In this document: piece after piece, positions 50,495 through 59,928 of the stretch
Layout of the letters: each line of letters begins with the position of its first letter
Numbering within the stretch: the first letter of the stretch is position 1
NCBI GenBank assembly: GCA_041661765.1
Contig: JBAZTV010000001.1
Coordinates: forward strand, 7,755 to 71,754
Direction of reading: 5' to 3'
Length of the DNA: 64,000 nucleotides
Origin: Candidatus Shapirobacteria bacterium
GTDB taxonomy: Bacteria; Patescibacteriota; Microgenomatia; UBA12405
Program-made: the position numbers and the translations under genes
The notes under the pieces: model-generated
The model's database searches: none
Told to the model about the DNA's origin: nothing
Seen by the model: only the letters and a program-made list of their open reading frames with translations

Positions 50495-50703
50495 TCTACC
50501 AAATCAATTCCACCTTTTGATAGGGGGTTGCATCTTAAAATTCTTTTTATTCCCAAAAACAAGCCCTTAATCACCCCATATTTTTTCACGGCTACATAAG
50601 TATATTCGGAACAAGTTGGTGTAAACCGACAATGATTTCCAATTCCAGTCCCAGAAATATATTTCTTATAAAAAACCAACATCTTCAATACTATTTTTTT
50701 CAT
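50491..50703 (-). CDS. yidD: Membrane protein insertion efficiency factor YidD
   Basis: CRFTPTCSEYTYVAVKKYGVIKG...RILRCNP is the YidD (DUF37) signature. Confidence 0.8.
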   Translation of the reverse strand: MKKIVLKMLVFYKKYISGTGIGNHCRFTPTCSEYTYVAVKKYGVIKGLFLGIKRILRCNPLSKGGIDLVE

Positions 50704-51069
50704 TTATGTACGGGCAGACCATTGTGTCTGCCCCTCAATAATTCTATTTATTTCTTTTTCAACTTCATCATATTTTTTACCTAAAATTTCTTTTTTCGTC
50801 AAAAAAATCACTCTTGTCCCATTTTCAAATTTTTCTAATTTTTTTCTGACTACTTCTGATAAGACTCTTCTAATTCTATTCCGATCCACCGCTTTTTTAG
50901 AAATCTTTTTCGACACTATAAACCCAAATTTTTTCTGATCATCATTTTCTTTACACGTCAAAAAACCAAAAAGAGGAGAGTATAAAATTCTCCCTTTATT
51001 TTTAATTTCAGCAAATTCCTTCTTCAACCTAATTCTATTTTCTCTTTTTAACACAACCAATTTTATCAT
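50704..51069 (-). CDS. rnpA: Ribonuclease P protein component; the last 10 codons are read from a GTACGGGCAGACCATTGTGTCTGCCC hairpin
   Basis: 121 aa, basic. The position between rpmH and yidD is canonical; KKISKKAVDRNRIRR is the RnpA RNR-like motif. Confidence 0.7.
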   Translation of the reverse strand: MIKLVVLKRENRIRLKKEFAEIKNKGRILYSPLFGFLTCKENDDQKKFGFIVSKKISKKAVDRNRIRRVLSEVVRKKLEKFENGTRVIFLTKKEILGKKYDEVEKEINRIIEGQTQWSART

Positions 51070-51080
51070 TTAATATAGAC

Positions 51081-51218
51081 TTAGCCAGTTATTTTCTTTC
51101 TACCCTTAGTTCTTCTTCTTTTAAGCACGTTTCTACCATCATGATCCATCATTCTTTTCAAAAATCCATGAACACGGGCATGTTTTTTTGCTTTTCGCTG
51201 TAAAGTCATTTTTGTCAT
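51081..51218 (-). CDS. rpmH: 50S ribosomal protein L34 (not in the supplied ORF track; found by translating the minus strand)
   Basis: Minus-strand translation MTKMTLQRKAKKHARVHGFLKRMMDHDGRNVLKRRRTKGRKKITG (45 aa) aligns with L34 (MKRTFQPS..K..R.HGFR.RM.T..GR.VL.RRR.KGRK.L). Confidence 0.8.
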   Translation of the reverse strand: MTKMTLQRKAKKHARVHGFLKRMMDHDGRNVLKRRRTKGRKKITG

Positions 51219-51488
51219 AGCTGCTATTTTATCATAAAAACTAACAATCTAATATTATTTAAACCCTCCTTGTCAAGGGAGGGTCTCCGATTTATCGGAG
51301 GGGTGGGTTTTGTTTAATTTGATATCTTTTCTTTTGTGGAAAACTCATCTAATATAAACATTACCCCAATCGATTTTTCCACAATTTCGATTTTAAACTC
51401 CTGCCTATTTAACCGTTATTTTTTATGATTTTAATCTCCCTTTAATCAAAGGGAGAAACTCCGCGACAGCGGAGAGAGGAATTTAAAA

Positions 51489-52832
51489 ATGGATATTGAA
51501 AGAATTTGGAAAAACACTCAAGAAGAGTTAAAAATAACTCTTGCCCCAGCTATCTTTCAAACTTTTGTTTTAAAAACCCAACTCATTAACCTTGAGAATA
51601 ATCTTGCCATTATTGGTTGTCCCAATACTTACTCTGTTGATTTCAACAAAAAACGCCACTATGACGTCATCAAAAACGCCCTAGACAATCAAACCAAAAA
51701 CAACAACACCCTTAATTTTATTGTCCAAGAAAATTTAAAAACCGATTTTGATACCACCAACAATACTCCACTTTTTTCCTATTCTCCCAACAGGGTTACT
51801 AATTCTTCTCTTCACCCAAAATACACTTTTGAAAACTTAGTTGTTGGTAATAGTAATAATTTTGCCTTTGCTGCCGCTCAAAGTATTGTTAAAAATCCCG
51901 GTCTTTCTTATAATCCTTTCTTTATTTGGGGTGGGGTAGGAGTTGGAAAAACTCATCTTATGCAGGCTATCGGACATGAACTTCTCAAAAAGAATCCTGA
52001 TTTAAAAATAAAATATTTTTCCGCTGAATCATTCGGCAACGAATTAATTGGTGCCCTTAAAACCAAAAACATGAATCATTTTAAAGAAAAATATCGTAAT
52101 TTAGACTGCATTCTCGTTGACGATATTCAATTTATCGCTGGTAAAGAATATACCCAACAGGAATTTTTTCACACTTTCAATGCCCTCCATATGAACGGTA
52201 AACAGGTTATTTTAACTTCCGATCGTAAACCTAGTGAAATTGACCATCTTGAAGATCGTCTTGTCTCTCGGTTTATGGGTGGCTTAACCGTCGATATTCA
52301 ACTTCCCGACTACGAAATGCGCATCGCTATTATCAGCCAAAAAATTGAAGAAAAGGGGATTCAAATTACTCCCGAGGCTGTTGAATTTTTAGCCAATAAT
52401 ATTGAATCAAATATTCGCGAAATTGAAGGTAAGCTTCAACAAATTTCCGTTCAATCTCTATCTCAACAAACAGGGGAGATAGATATTCTTTTTGTCCAAA
52501 AATTTTTCAATCCTTCCTCAACTTCTACTAATTTTAGTTTACCCACCACCAAATTAAATCCTCGTCATATTATTTCTGTCTGTGCTAAACATTTTAATAT
52601 TAAAACCAGTGACCTTTGTGGAAAAAGTCGCAAGAAAGAATTGGTCACCGCTCGTCACATTACTGCTTATTTACTCTTAACCCAAATAAACCTACCTTTA
52701 GAAGAAGTTGGACATCTTCTTGGTGGTCGTGATCATACCAGTATTATGCATGCTCGAGATAAAATAACCAACGACTTTTCCACTAATCCACAAACTCGTC
52801 AACTTATCAACCAAATCAAAAACACTTTTTAA
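51489..52832 (+). CDS. dnaA: Chromosomal replication initiator DnaA
   Basis: AAA+ Walker A GGVGVGKTHLMQAIG, Walker B LDCILVDDIQFIAGK, sensor motifs, and a C-terminal DNA-binding helix-turn-helix (TARHITAYLLL...GGRDHTSIMHA). Confidence 0.9.
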   Translation: MDIERIWKNTQEELKITLAPAIFQTFVLKTQLINLENNLAIIGCPNTYSVDFNKKRHYDVIKNALDNQTKNNNTLNFIVQENLKTDFDTTNNTPLFSYSPNRVTNSSLHPKYTFENLVVGNSNNFAFAAAQSIVKNPGLSYNPFFIWGGVGVGKTHLMQAIGHELLKKNPDLKIKYFSAESFGNELIGALKTKNMNHFKEKYRNLDCILVDDIQFIAGKEYTQQEFFHTFNALHMNGKQVILTSDRKPSEIDHLEDRLVSRFMGGLTVDIQLPDYEMRIAIISQKIEEKGIQITPEAVEFLANNIESNIREIEGKLQQISVQSLSQQTGEIDILFVQKFFNPSSTSTNFSLPTTKLNPRHIISVCAKHFNIKTSDLCGKSRKKELVTARHITAYLLLTQINLPLEEVGHLLGGRDHTSIMHARDKITNDFSTNPQTRQLINQIKNTF

Positions 52833-53143
52833 CCCTTAAAAAGTTTTCCACTTTACCGAACCACTTATCCACAATTTTATCCACATTTCATTTTTCATTT
52901 TTCCCCCGAAGTTTACCCAAACTCAAAAACAAACTATAAGCTATAGCTATTAATTTTTACCTTATTTTAAACCTTTTCTTACTTTATAACACTCCAATTA
53001 CTTTAATTAAATCATAACTTTCCGTTATTTTTAAAACTACCCCACTTATTAACACTCCCTACTAAACATTACTACTGTTTTGGATATTAATTATCTTTAT
53101 TAAAAACCTTTAAACCTAAACTATTTTTTGATAATATAAGTCA
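52833..53143. other. Candidate oriC: the dnaA-dnaN intergenic region with clustered DnaA boxes and an AT-rich unwinding region
   Basis: TTTTCCACT (52853..52861), TTATCCACA (52874..52882) and TTATCCACA (52886..52894), followed by about 200 bp of over 80% AT. Two further TTTTCCACA-type boxes lie upstream of dnaA (51335..51343 reverse, 51375..51383). Confidence 0.65.
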
Positions 53144-54262
53144 ATGAAACTTTCCCTTTTACAAGAAAATTTAAACACTGCATTAACTAATGTTTCTCGA
53201 TTCGTCTCTTCAAAAAATCAATTACCTATATTAAATAATATTTTATTGTCAACCGACAACGGTAGACTGAAACTTTCAGCTACTAATTTAGAATTAAGTA
53301 TTAATTATTGGATTGGAGCCAAAATTGAAGAAGAGGGGACAATAACTATTCCCTCAAAGGAGATAACTGAATTTGTTTCTTATTTAACCCCTGGAAAAAT
53401 TGATCTTTCTCTAAAAGGAAACAATCTTTTAAATTTATCTTCATCAAAAACCGAATCAACTTTCACCACTAATCCTTCCACTGATTATCCTGATTTCCCC
53501 ACCCTCAACCCAGATACTTGTTTTGAATTAGATTTAAACATTTTAACTCAAGCCGTTTCCCAAATTGCTTTTTCCGCTGCCACCGACGACAGTCGTCCAG
53601 TTTTAACCGCCATCCTTTGTCAATTTACTTCTGACAGTTTAAATTTAGTTGCTACCGATGGTTTTCGTTTATCTTTTAAAAAGATTAAACTAATTAATCC
53701 TATTGATTTAAAAACCGACCAAATCACCTTTTTAATTCCTGCCAAAAGCCTTTTAGAGGTCACTAAACTCGCTAAAACCAACACTAAAGTTAAAATAGGT
53801 TTAACATCTGACGAACATCAAGTGGTCTTCGTTCTAGATGATGTAGAGCTGGTTTCTCGACTTATTGAAGGGGAGTATCCCGCCTATCAAAGAATAGTTC
53901 CAGAATCTTTTTCCACTAAAGTCTTTTTAAATAAAGATGAATTAACCCAAGCTGTTAAAATCGCCTCTGTTTTTGCTAAAGAATCAGCCAATATTGTTCG
54001 TTTTAATATTAAAACCAATTTTATTGAACTTACTGCCAACGCTCCTCAAATCGGTCAAAACAAAGCCACTGTCGATGCTAAAATAGAAGGCGAAACCCTA
54101 GAAATCGCCTTTAATTATAAATTTTTAATAGATTTTCTTAGCGTTTGCAAAAGCCAAGAAATTATTATCGAGTTAAATGAATCCCTAACCCCAGCCTTTT
54201 TTCACGATCAATCAGATAAAGATTTCTCCCACATCATCATGCCAGTCAGATTGCAAGACTAA
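53144..54262 (+). CDS. dnaN: DNA polymerase III beta sliding clamp
   Basis: 372 aa with three-domain clamp periodicity. The N-terminal ...LPILNNILLSTDNGRLKLSATNLELSI is typical DnaN, and the position after dnaA is canonical. Confidence 0.85.
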   Translation: MKLSLLQENLNTALTNVSRFVSSKNQLPILNNILLSTDNGRLKLSATNLELSINYWIGAKIEEEGTITIPSKEITEFVSYLTPGKIDLSLKGNNLLNLSSSKTESTFTTNPSTDYPDFPTLNPDTCFELDLNILTQAVSQIAFSAATDDSRPVLTAILCQFTSDSLNLVATDGFRLSFKKIKLINPIDLKTDQITFLIPAKSLLEVTKLAKTNTKVKIGLTSDEHQVVFVLDDVELVSRLIEGEYPAYQRIVPESFSTKVFLNKDELTQAVKIASVFAKESANIVRFNIKTNFIELTANAPQIGQNKATVDAKIEGETLEIAFNYKFLIDFLSVCKSQEIIIELNESLTPAFFHDQSDKDFSHIIMPVRLQD

Positions 54263-54663
54263 TTTATTTTAGAAATTTGAAATTCAAAACTATCTGTTTT
54301 AAATAGTGGATTTTTTTCCAACCATTCTTTAAATTCAGTCTCAGCTTTATCTTTATCTTCTTCTTTTTCAATTAAAATTACCAACACCCCAGGTTTTAAA
54401 TACCCTGCTATTTCCATTATTTTACCTTTATAAGGTATTACTACCACCTCATTATTTTCAGATCTAGGATTGTCAGACTCATATTCAATTATAGTTGGTG
54501 TTATTATTTGTGTCGGTACTACAATCTGGCTTGGTGGCGTAATAGTAATATTTTCAGTATTATTAGTTTGTGTACTTCCATAAAAAACCTTTAATATAAT
54601 TAACACTATTACCAAAAAACCTAAAAAAAACAACATAAAATATTTTTTTAAAAATTCAATCAT
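54259..54663 (-). CDS. Small bitopic membrane protein (134 aa)
   Basis: One N-terminal TM helix; downstream of the hydrolase and VirB4 genes on the same strand. Confidence 0.4.
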   Translation of the reverse strand: MIEFLKKYFMLFFLGFLVIVLIILKVFYGSTQTNNTENITITPPSQIVVPTQIITPTIIEYESDNPRSENNEVVVIPYKGKIMEIAGYLKPGVLVILIEKEEDKDKAETEFKEWLEKNPLFKTDSFEFQISKIN

Positions 54664-54682
54664 TGTTTTATTCTAACTTAAT

Positions 54683-56623
54683 TTATAAAATTCTTGCAAA
54701 TTTTGTAAATCTTGAATAAGTTCCCATTTTTACAAAACCCGATCCTCCTCCACAAATATCAAGATTTCCCCCGGCTCCATCATGAATCCATAATAAATTA
54801 CCAGATGAATCTCTTCCTGCAAAAATTCCAATATGATCATTTGATCCCTCAATTCCTATATCACCCAATTGTAGGCTATTACTTGATATGCTTTTATCTT
54901 TCGCGCCAGCATAAATACTTGCCACATTACCCCTAGTCTCTATTCCAAGTTGATGGTAAGTCCAAATTACAAAACCAGAACAATCTAATCCATAAACATT
55001 TCTATCTGATCCAGAAGGAGAATTATTATTACCAAAGTTAGTAGTACCCCAATTCATATCAATGCCCCTCACTGGTTCACCAGATTGGTGACCTCCACCA
55101 TACCAGTAACAAACTTTGTTTAATAAAGAGCTAGCCATATCCACCACCATTTGTCCTGTAACTGTTTGGTTTGGATCAACTGTTGGTAAAACAATCGGAC
55201 CTGAAGATGAGATATATGGGGTTTCTGAAAATATAGAAGTGGAAGTTTCTGCTTCTTCCGGTGGTACTAAACTTGAAACTGAATTTCCCATTAATATTTG
55301 ATATCCAAATAATCCCCCAAAAACTAAAAGTATTATTGGTCCCATCACTGCTGCCGATACTGCTCCAATTAAAAGAAACGGCAAACCCACAATAAACATA
55401 CCACCACCAATAATTGCCCCACCTACTTTTCCAAAATTTTCTTCCAAACCCTTTTTAATTCCTATTCCCAATTTTTCCGCTATTTTACTAACTACATTTT
55501 TTAATATTTTAGCCGCCGCCGCTACTGCCACCACAATCGCCCCTATTCCAGTTGCCGAAATTGCCGCTGCCCCAGCTGCGGTTGCCGCTCCTGCCGCCGC
55601 CGCAGTACCAGTCGTTGCCGCTGCTTTAACTCCACCACTTAAAATTCCACTTAAAACCGTTGAAATACCCTTTTGAAAACCTTGTTCTGCTATGACGCCT
55701 AAAGAATTTTTTGCAAATTCACTAATTGCTTGATTTCCAATTTTGCTTATTAACTTTTGTTTTGTCCCAAACATTGTCTTATTCAGCCATCCGCCTGTCA
55801 ATTTATCCACTCTTCTATACCAACCCAAATAACCTTGAGTTCTAGAAAATAAATTACTCACACCCTGATCGTTAAAACCAGAAATTACATTTTCAAATGA
55901 TCGCACTTCTTTTATATCCTTCGGAAGATTTACATTTTTTAAGACACCTCTAATTGATTCATATCTATTTTTAATTTCTTTTACTTCTTCCGGCTTCTTA
56001 GTTAAGAAATTAGTTACGCCTCTTAAATCAGTCCAAGCATTCTCTAACTTACCTGGACCAAATTGGTTATTATTTTGTAGTGCCTCGTCTTTTTGCTCGT
56101 CAATTATACTTTCACTAAAATATATTTCCGAAACTAACTTCCCATACGCCCTTACATTATTTGATTCTTCTGCCTTCAAATCGGGATTCATTTTTTTAGT
56201 TTCTTCTAGTAGTTTTTTTTCAAAAACTTCCTTTTTAAACTCATTTATTCCATCTACATTTTCTTTCTTCCACTTATTCATCTCTATTTTTATTTTTTTT
56301 ACTTCAATCTCCGTCTCTTTTTTATCTTCTACTATTAAATTTTTTGAAACCACTTCTATCAAATCTTTTATTTCTTCTCCACTTGTTTTTATCTCTTCTT
56401 CTCCAAAAATAGACTTAATTTTAGATTCAAGTTCATTTTTTAGATTACCATCCCCATTTAAATTTTTTGTTATTTTTTCACCTAATTCTACTATTTTCTG
56501 TTCAACTGGATTTTTATTTTTTTTGTAATCATCTATATTAAAAACTTTCGCACCACCAGAAAAAACATCTCGATCAATATCTTGTAAAGCTGAACTTCCA
56601 TCCGTTCTGTTTGCCATTACCAA
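54683..56623 (-). CDS. Membrane-anchored cell-wall hydrolase with a C-terminal NlpC/P60 (CHAP-like) domain; analogous to Gram-positive T4SS hydrolases of the PrgK/TraG type
   Basis: Coiled-coil N-terminus; Ala/Gly-rich TM region (AAATTGTAAAAGAATAAGAAAISATGIGAIVVAV...); C-terminal YGLDCSGFVIWTY...H.GIFAG (Cys-His papain-like NlpC/P60 signature). Confidence 0.6.
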   Translation of the reverse strand: MVMANRTDGSSALQDIDRDVFSGGAKVFNIDDYKKNKNPVEQKIVELGEKITKNLNGDGNLKNELESKIKSIFGEEEIKTSGEEIKDLIEVVSKNLIVEDKKETEIEVKKIKIEMNKWKKENVDGINEFKKEVFEKKLLEETKKMNPDLKAEESNNVRAYGKLVSEIYFSESIIDEQKDEALQNNNQFGPGKLENAWTDLRGVTNFLTKKPEEVKEIKNRYESIRGVLKNVNLPKDIKEVRSFENVISGFNDQGVSNLFSRTQGYLGWYRRVDKLTGGWLNKTMFGTKQKLISKIGNQAISEFAKNSLGVIAEQGFQKGISTVLSGILSGGVKAAATTGTAAAAGAATAAGAAAISATGIGAIVVAVAAAAKILKNVVSKIAEKLGIGIKKGLEENFGKVGGAIIGGGMFIVGLPFLLIGAVSAAVMGPIILLVFGGLFGYQILMGNSVSSLVPPEEAETSTSIFSETPYISSSGPIVLPTVDPNQTVTGQMVVDMASSLLNKVCYWYGGGHQSGEPVRGIDMNWGTTNFGNNNSPSGSDRNVYGLDCSGFVIWTYHQLGIETRGNVASIYAGAKDKSISSNSLQLGDIGIEGSNDHIGIFAGRDSSGNLLWIHDGAGGNLDICGGGSGFVKMGTYSRFTKFARIL

Positions 56624-56635
56624 ATTATATCAATC

Positions 56636-59221
56636 TTAAACTATCCCGTCTCCAAACAATTTATCATAATCCATCTTATTGTCTTCTTTTTTAAATTCTC
56701 CCTTGTCAAGGGGAGATGTCGATTTATCGACAGAGGGGTTTGAATCAAATATTGGTTGTGGTTTTCTTGCCAATTGTGGTGGTTGAGGTATTCTTTGTTC
56801 TTCAGTTTTAACAAAAATCGGTTTTTTATTTTCCGAGACCACTACAACTTCTGGCCTTTTAAATAACACCGACTCAGTTTTTAACTCCGGTTTTATTTCA
56901 GTCATCGCTACTGTGGGATTAAAGGAGGTGTTCCGCAGTGGCGGAACGGAGGGTTTTACTTCAATTTCCACTGGTTTTATTTCGGGAACACTAACTTTAG
57001 GAGTAAAATTAATGGTTCTTATTTCATCAGTTTTATTAGCAGTCAATGCTGACTCAACTGGTTTTACCTCCATCGGTTTTATTTCTAAAACATTAAAATT
57101 AGTTGTCGTTTCAGGCATTTTAATCTCCATTGATTTTATTTGCCCTGCCCTGTCAAGGGAAGGGTTAGTGAAGGGTTTAGGTACTTCTGGTGGGACTGAG
57201 GGGTTTTGAACCGGAATTTTATTTTCAATCTCTACAGTTTTTATTTCTGGAATATTAAATTTTGGCGCCACTGGAGTCGTTTTTACCTCGACTGGTTTTA
57301 AGTCTCCCTTGTCAAAGGGAGATTTAGAGGGATTGAAAACAGCTGATGGGTTTTGAAACGGTTTCGTTTCTATCGGTTTAATTAGTGGTTTCATTCCATT
57401 ATTTGGCTTTTGATCACTCAATAAACTTTGCTTTTTTAAAATATCTTCTGGATTAGAAGTAATTAAATTATGTTCATCAGCCGAAGCAATTATTTGAATT
57501 GCCACATGGTTTTGCCCAGCAAAGAAAATTCCTTCACCTTTACTTGCCGATAATAATAATTGTTTTTCTCCCTGACTCAAATAAAATACTTCTCCAATTT
57601 GGTCAATAGCCGCACTATGTTGTTTTAATAAAATTTGAATTGAACTATTAGTAACTATTTCTTTACCATAAGCAGTTTTCAAAAAATCATCAACATCTTG
57701 GGTAATTGTTGTCACTCCCAAATAGTATTTTCTGCCTCTTTTAACAATTCCTCTTAAAAATTCAGCTGAATCATCATGTTGCATCAAATACCAGGCTTCA
57801 TCCACCACCAATATTCTTTTTTTCAATGTCTTTTTAACAACCGTCCAAATATAATCCAAAATAATTTGCATTGCCACAGGTCTCAAAGCATCTTCCAAAT
57901 TTCTAATTCCAAAAACTACAAATTTATTAGTTAAATTAACCGTTGTCTTTTGGTTAAAAATTCCCGAAAAGGATCCTTTAATATATTTTTCCAATCTGGC
58001 TGCCAAACCTTTAGCTTTTTCATCTTCCATTCCAATCAAAGATTTATACAAATCCTCAATTAATGGTGGTTCTTTGTCTTGAGTTACTGGATCAGGAGTA
58101 ATCCCTTTCATCTTATAAGCATCCATCATTGCTCTATCCATAATTGATTCCTCAATCGGATCCATTTCACCCAACATCACTTTTAATAGTTTATGTAAAG
58201 ATAAGATCTTAGTATTTAAACCATTTTCACCCTGTTCTTCGGCTAAAGTTAAATCAAACGGATTAATTTTTGAACCTTCACCATAACCAAATGCAATATA
58301 TTGGCCGCCAGAATTATCACACAATTCTTTGTATTCATTTTCCGGGTCAATCACAATAACATCCGTTCCCATCATTAATGATCTAAGAACCTCCAATTTA
58401 ATTAAATAAGATTTACCAGCTCCAGCCATAGCAAAAACAACTGAATTATAATTTGGCATTGAAAATCTATCAAAAATTACCAAAGACCCATTATGCATAT
58501 TAATCCCATACATAATTCCCTGATCATCTGATAAATCTGACGACACAAAAGGGAAAGTAGTTGCCAAAGAGGTAGTATCCATATTTCGACTAACTGCCAA
58601 TCTATCTTGGCAAATAGGTAAAGTCGATACAAATCCATCTTCCATTTGTAACGTCGCTTTTTTACTTATAATCAACAACGATCCCAAGGCTGCCTCTAAA
58701 TTTTTATTTACTCTATCCAGTTCAACTATAGAATCAGCCGTTATCGTTACATAAAGTCCAAATTGAAAAAATCTTTCTTCGCCTTTAACCAAATTAGCCT
58801 GCAAATTCAAAGCATCCTCCAATTTCGCTTGTGTTGCTGGATTAATCAATCTACCCCTTTGAATATCAGTACTTAACTCGGCCTCCATTTCTGTGATTTT
58901 TCGGCGAAGATCATCTAAAACTTCTTTTCCATCGGTCGGATAAATAAACATTGAAATATTTAAAGAAGAATCAAAGTTAATCAATGACGACAACCAATTA
59001 ATTCCCACAAATCTCGGATATGCCGCAACAAATAAAGTTCGATAATATTTATTATCAATTCTAATATGGTTAAAATCCACTTCCAAAGCTGATGGAGCAA
59101 TTATATCTTTAGTTGTCACCAACCCTTGAGTGAAATCTCTTTTATTTGGATCAACTACCTCTGTTGGTGTTGCTGGATTATTTACTACTGTTGTTTTTTT
59201 ATTAATATTAAAAAGTTTCAT
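56636..59221 (-). CDS. virB4: VirB4/TrbE/CagE-family T4SS ATPase with a C-terminal extension of about 270 aa that reads through four palindromic repeats
   Basis: Walker A VFAMAGAGKSYLIKLEVL; Walker B ILVVDEAWYLM; conserved RKYYLGVTTITQDVDDF. The tail contains SKSPFDKGDLKP, NPSLDRAGQIK and TSPLDKGEFKK, encoded by repeats at 56697..57331. Confidence 0.8.
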   Translation of the reverse strand: MKLFNINKKTTVVNNPATPTEVVDPNKRDFTQGLVTTKDIIAPSALEVDFNHIRIDNKYYRTLFVAAYPRFVGINWLSSLINFDSSLNISMFIYPTDGKEVLDDLRRKITEMEAELSTDIQRGRLINPATQAKLEDALNLQANLVKGEERFFQFGLYVTITADSIVELDRVNKNLEAALGSLLIISKKATLQMEDGFVSTLPICQDRLAVSRNMDTTSLATTFPFVSSDLSDDQGIMYGINMHNGSLVIFDRFSMPNYNSVVFAMAGAGKSYLIKLEVLRSLMMGTDVIVIDPENEYKELCDNSGGQYIAFGYGEGSKINPFDLTLAEEQGENGLNTKILSLHKLLKVMLGEMDPIEESIMDRAMMDAYKMKGITPDPVTQDKEPPLIEDLYKSLIGMEDEKAKGLAARLEKYIKGSFSGIFNQKTTVNLTNKFVVFGIRNLEDALRPVAMQIILDYIWTVVKKTLKKRILVVDEAWYLMQHDDSAEFLRGIVKRGRKYYLGVTTITQDVDDFLKTAYGKEIVTNSSIQILLKQHSAAIDQIGEVFYLSQGEKQLLLSASKGEGIFFAGQNHVAIQIIASADEHNLITSNPEDILKKQSLLSDQKPNNGMKPLIKPIETKPFQNPSAVFNPSKSPFDKGDLKPVEVKTTPVAPKFNIPEIKTVEIENKIPVQNPSVPPEVPKPFTNPSLDRAGQIKSMEIKMPETTTNFNVLEIKPMEVKPVESALTANKTDEIRTINFTPKVSVPEIKPVEIEVKPSVPPLRNTSFNPTVAMTEIKPELKTESVLFKRPEVVVVSENKKPIFVKTEEQRIPQPPQLARKPQPIFDSNPSVDKSTSPLDKGEFKKEDNKMDYDKLFGDGIV

Positions 59222-59925
59222 TCCATTTGCCCTCCTGTCACTACCGGTGCTTGATAATTTACATTTTGAACCTTTTGGCTAACGGCAGTTTCTTCATTAT
59301 AAGTTCTATAAAAAAGATCAATTACTTCTTTATTATTCAAAGGTTTTATTTCCAACCCTAGTCTCGAAAAAAGTCTCAATAAGTGATCTACTTTTGGTTC
59401 CAAATTAATTTTAGCCTTTTCTAAAATATATTCTTTAGTAAATGGTAATTCCTGACCCCTGCCTTGCTGTAAAAACATTTTTATTCCTTTAGTTCCACCA
59501 GTTTTAATTCCCAACTCCAAAGACGAAAAAGTAATCGCAATATAAAACGATTTTGATAAAATATCACTCTTTTTAACTGTTTCTTCGATAAATTTTCTAT
59601 ATAGACTAATCCTTTCCTTTAGGCGCGGGTTTAATTGCTTTTCCTCCATATTTTGCAAATTTTTTAAATAAGAACTTACATCTTTGGCATGTGATTGAAT
59701 AATAATTTGTATTGGAAAATTTAAAGAATTTATAATTCCTCCATAAGCAAAGACTAAAGCCGATTGTTCTGGCTCAGACAACAAATCAAAATTAACAGAC
59801 GACACACTTAATACCTTTGAGCAAGATCCATCTTTCATAATCACAATCCCATCAACCACATCTTCTATTGGTAAATGTTCCTGAGTACTTCCTTTAATAG
59901 CAATCTTTAGTGGATCTGTTGGCAT
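59218..59925 (-). CDS. Hypothetical cytoplasmic protein (235 aa) co-transcribed upstream of virB4
   Basis: 4-nt overlap with the virB4 start. No motifs. Confidence 0.4.
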   Translation of the reverse strand: MPTDPLKIAIKGSTQEHLPIEDVVDGIVIMKDGSCSKVLSVSSVNFDLLSEPEQSALVFAYGGIINSLNFPIQIIIQSHAKDVSSYLKNLQNMEEKQLNPRLKERISLYRKFIEETVKKSDILSKSFYIAITFSSLELGIKTGGTKGIKMFLQQGRGQELPFTKEYILEKAKINLEPKVDHLLRLFSRLGLEIKPLNNKEVIDLFYRTYNEETAVSQKVQNVNYQAPVVTGGQME

Positions 59926-59928
59926 ATT

